From assembly GCA_030390025.1 (NCBI GenBank), contig CM059432.1, forward strand, positions 23,562,001 through 23,626,000: DNA of 64,000 nucleotides, in the 5' to 3' direction. The notes below the pieces were generated by a model. The model worked only from the letters and a program-made list of their open reading frames with translations, did not search any database and had not been told where the DNA came from. Source of the stretch: Squalus acanthias. Taxonomy: Eukaryota. How positions within the stretch are numbered: the stretch's first letter is position 1; each line of letters opens with the position of its first letter. Both the position numbers and the translations under genes were made by a program. Of this stretch, positions 61,482-64,000 are shown piece after piece.

Positions 61482-62910
61482 TAGAATGGTTACAGCACAG
61501 AAGGAGGCCATTCGGCCCATCGAGCCCGTGCCGGCTCTCTGCAAGAGCACTTCAGCTAGTCTCACTCTCCCACCCTTTCCCCATAGACCTGCAAATTTTT
61601 TACCTTCAGGTACTTATCTAATTCCCTTTTGAAAGCCACGATTGAACCTGCCTCCACCAGCCTTTCAGGCAGTGCATTCCAGATCCTAACCACTCGCTGC
61701 GTAAAAAAGTTTTTCCTCATGTCGCCTTTGGTTCTTCTGCCAATCACGTTAAATTTGTGTCCTCTGGTTCTCGACCCTTCCGCCAATGGGAACAGTTTCT
61801 CTCTATCTACTCTGTCTTGACCCCTCATGGTTTGATCTCCTCTCAATTTTCTCTGCTCTAAGAGAACAACCCCAGCTTCTCCAGTCTATCCATGTAACTG
61901 AAGTCCCTCATCCCTGGAATGATTCTTGTAAATCTTTTCTGTACCCTCTCTAAGGCCTTCCTATAGTGCGGTGCCCAGAATTGGACGCAATACTCCAGTT
62001 GAGGCCGAACCAGTGTGTTTTATACAGGTTCATCATAACTTCCTTGCTTTTGTACTTGATACCTCTATTTATGAAGCCCAGGATCCCGTATGCTTTTTTA
62101 ACTGCTTTCTTAACCTGCCCTGCCCCCTTCAACGATTTGTGCATATACCCCCAGGTCTCTCTATTCATGCACTCCCTGTAGAATTATACCTTTTAGTTTA
62201 TATTGCCTCTCCTTGTTCTTCCTACCAAAATGTATCAATTTGCACTTTTCTGCATTAAATTTCATCTGCCACTTGTCCGCCCATTCCACCAGCCTGTCTA
62301 TGTCCTCTTGAAGTCTATCACTATCCTCCTCACCATTCGCTGTACTTCTAAGTTTTGTGTCATCTGCAAATTTTGAAATTGTGCCCTGTACCCGCAAGTG
62401 TAAGTCATTAATATATATCAAGAAAAGCAGTGGTCCTAGTACTGACCCTTGGGGAGCACCACTGTATACCTTCTTCCAGTCCGAAAAACAACCGTTCACC
62501 ACTACTCTCTGTTTCCTGTCACTTAGCCAATTTTGTATCCATGTTGCCACTGTCCCTTTTATTCCATGGGCTTCAACTTTGTGGCACTTTATCAAACGCC
62601 TCAACCGCATTGCCCTCATCAACTCTCTCTGTTACCTCATCAAAAAATCAATCAAGTTAGTTAAACACGATTTGCCTTTAACAAATCCGTGCTGGCTTTC
62701 GTTAATTAATCCACTCTTGTTCAAGTGACTGTTAATTTTGTCCCGGATTATCGTTTCTCAAACCTTCCCCACTACCGAGGTTAAACTTACTGGCCTGTAG
62801 TTGCTGGGCTTATTCTTACACCCTTTTTTGAACAAGGGTGTAACATTTGCAATTCTCCAGTCCTCTGGCACCACCCCAGTATCTAAGGAGGATTGGAAGA
62901 TTATGGCCAG
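61482..62910 (-). mobile_element. CR1 3' 1.4 kb
   Basis: PEDWRIANVTPLFKKG..NYRPVSLTS, GAPQGSVLGP, KFADD, RVVRIWNALP. Confidence 0.93.
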
Positions 62911-62949
62911 TGTGGTGAAGGTACTCCCATAGGGAGTTAGTATCCTTCT

Positions 62950-63270
62950 TTGTAGTGGTTTGGTGCAACTGAGTGTCTTGCTAGGCCATTTCAGAGGGCA
63001 GTTGAGAGTCAACCACATTGCTGTGGATCTGGAGTCACATGGAGGCCAGACCAGGTAAGGACAGCAGGTTTTATTCCCTAAAGGACATTAGTGAACCAGA
63101 TGGGTTTTATGACAATCCGGCAGTTTCATGGCTGATACTAGCGCTTTATTCCAGATTTATTTAATTACCTGAACTTTAAATTCCCCAGCTGCTGTGGTGG
63201 GATTTGAACCATGGATTAGGTCAGACCTCTAGGATTACTAGTCCAGTAACATAACCACTATGCTACCGTA
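62950..63270 (-). mobile_element. tRNA-headed SINE (copy of 7760-8140)
   Basis: High colinear identity to 7825-8137. Confidence 0.75.
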
Positions 63271-63441
63271 GCCGACAGCAGATGTTCCCTGTTCAAAGCA
63301 GAAAATTGTCGTCACTTCCTCAGCCTTGACTCTGTTTATCTCTACAGTTTACTGAGGGATCCATACTTCTTGATTAATATACTTTACTGCTGTTGTGCCC
63401 ACATTTTCATTTTAAGCAAGAAGAAAAAGAAAATTGATTGC

Positions 63442-63820
63442 TCCCCCAGTGGCTCAGTTGGTAAGTATACTGTATACAGACTAGGACGTTCCATATTTGA
63501 CTCCCTGGCATGTGCTGAGTTAGCTCTTCTCAACTGGGGTAGTGAGTCCATTGCTACAATTGACCTCAGTGCCCCATGGATAGTGAAGGACAAAATCAAG
63601 CCAAAGTTTACTGCTTCGGATTGCGATCTAGTAACTCCCGCTGGAAAGTTCACATGTTTGGTCATCAGATGCTGACAAGACCAAACTCAGCCACGTGGCT
63701 TCCCAGGATCCAGTTGCCTGCCCATGCTCACTGCCTAGGGTCTCATATGAAGAATGGCCACTTGGCGCCCATGGAACAGTATTCAAGGAAGGAGTCAACG
63801 TCTTCAGGAAGGGAGGGGAG
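63442..63820 (+). mobile_element. Old tRNA-derived SINE family (related copies at ~4000-4330 minus, 19070-19400, 28530-28840, 51410-51650, 56450-56700 minus, 58410-58600 minus)
   Basis: A box gtggctcagttggt; shared core tgtgctgagttagct and atgaagaatggc across copies; family not named. Confidence 0.55.
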
Positions 63821-64000
63821 ACAAAATAGTGTTTTTTAAACAATTCAGTAACAACCAAGAGTGGGCGTGGGCTATTTGATGTACTGAAGCCTGCTCCACC
63901 ATATTCAGGCATGGCCTCTTTTTCATTTTAAGCCCAATAGCCTTTGTTTTTTTTTTCTCTATGATCTAATTATATAAGGAACTAACCGACCCCTTTAGTA

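Noticed and set aside
1..64000. CRISPR array or prokaryotic operon
   Set aside because: No regularly spaced repeat-spacer array and no dense gene organisation; the sequence is vertebrate.

Overview
Repeat-dense vertebrate genomic DNA, almost certainly from a shark or ray (an HE1-type V-SINE and DeuSINE-type elements are present). The only host gene supported is FAM135B on the + strand: a first coding exon (29118-29214, ATG at 29138) and the next 80-nt exon (58074-58153), separated by a ~28.9 kb intron. Almost all other ORF-track entries are transposon fragments or noise. Mobile content: many CR1 LINE pieces (one with ORF1 esterase plus near-complete ORF2), L2, an RTE 3' end, SINEs, two hAT-type non-autonomous elements nested in SINEs, two decayed two-gene PIF/Harbinger transposons with several MITE families, and a ~1.33 kb solo LTR with a foamy-virus-like layout. 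Most notable is a Penelope-like (GIY-YIG) retroelement system: one coding remnant plus four short fold-back insertions, three with target-site duplications, built from termini that carry minimal hammerhead ribozyme motifs. One of these is a perfect 169-bp inverted repeat with a hammerhead on each strand.
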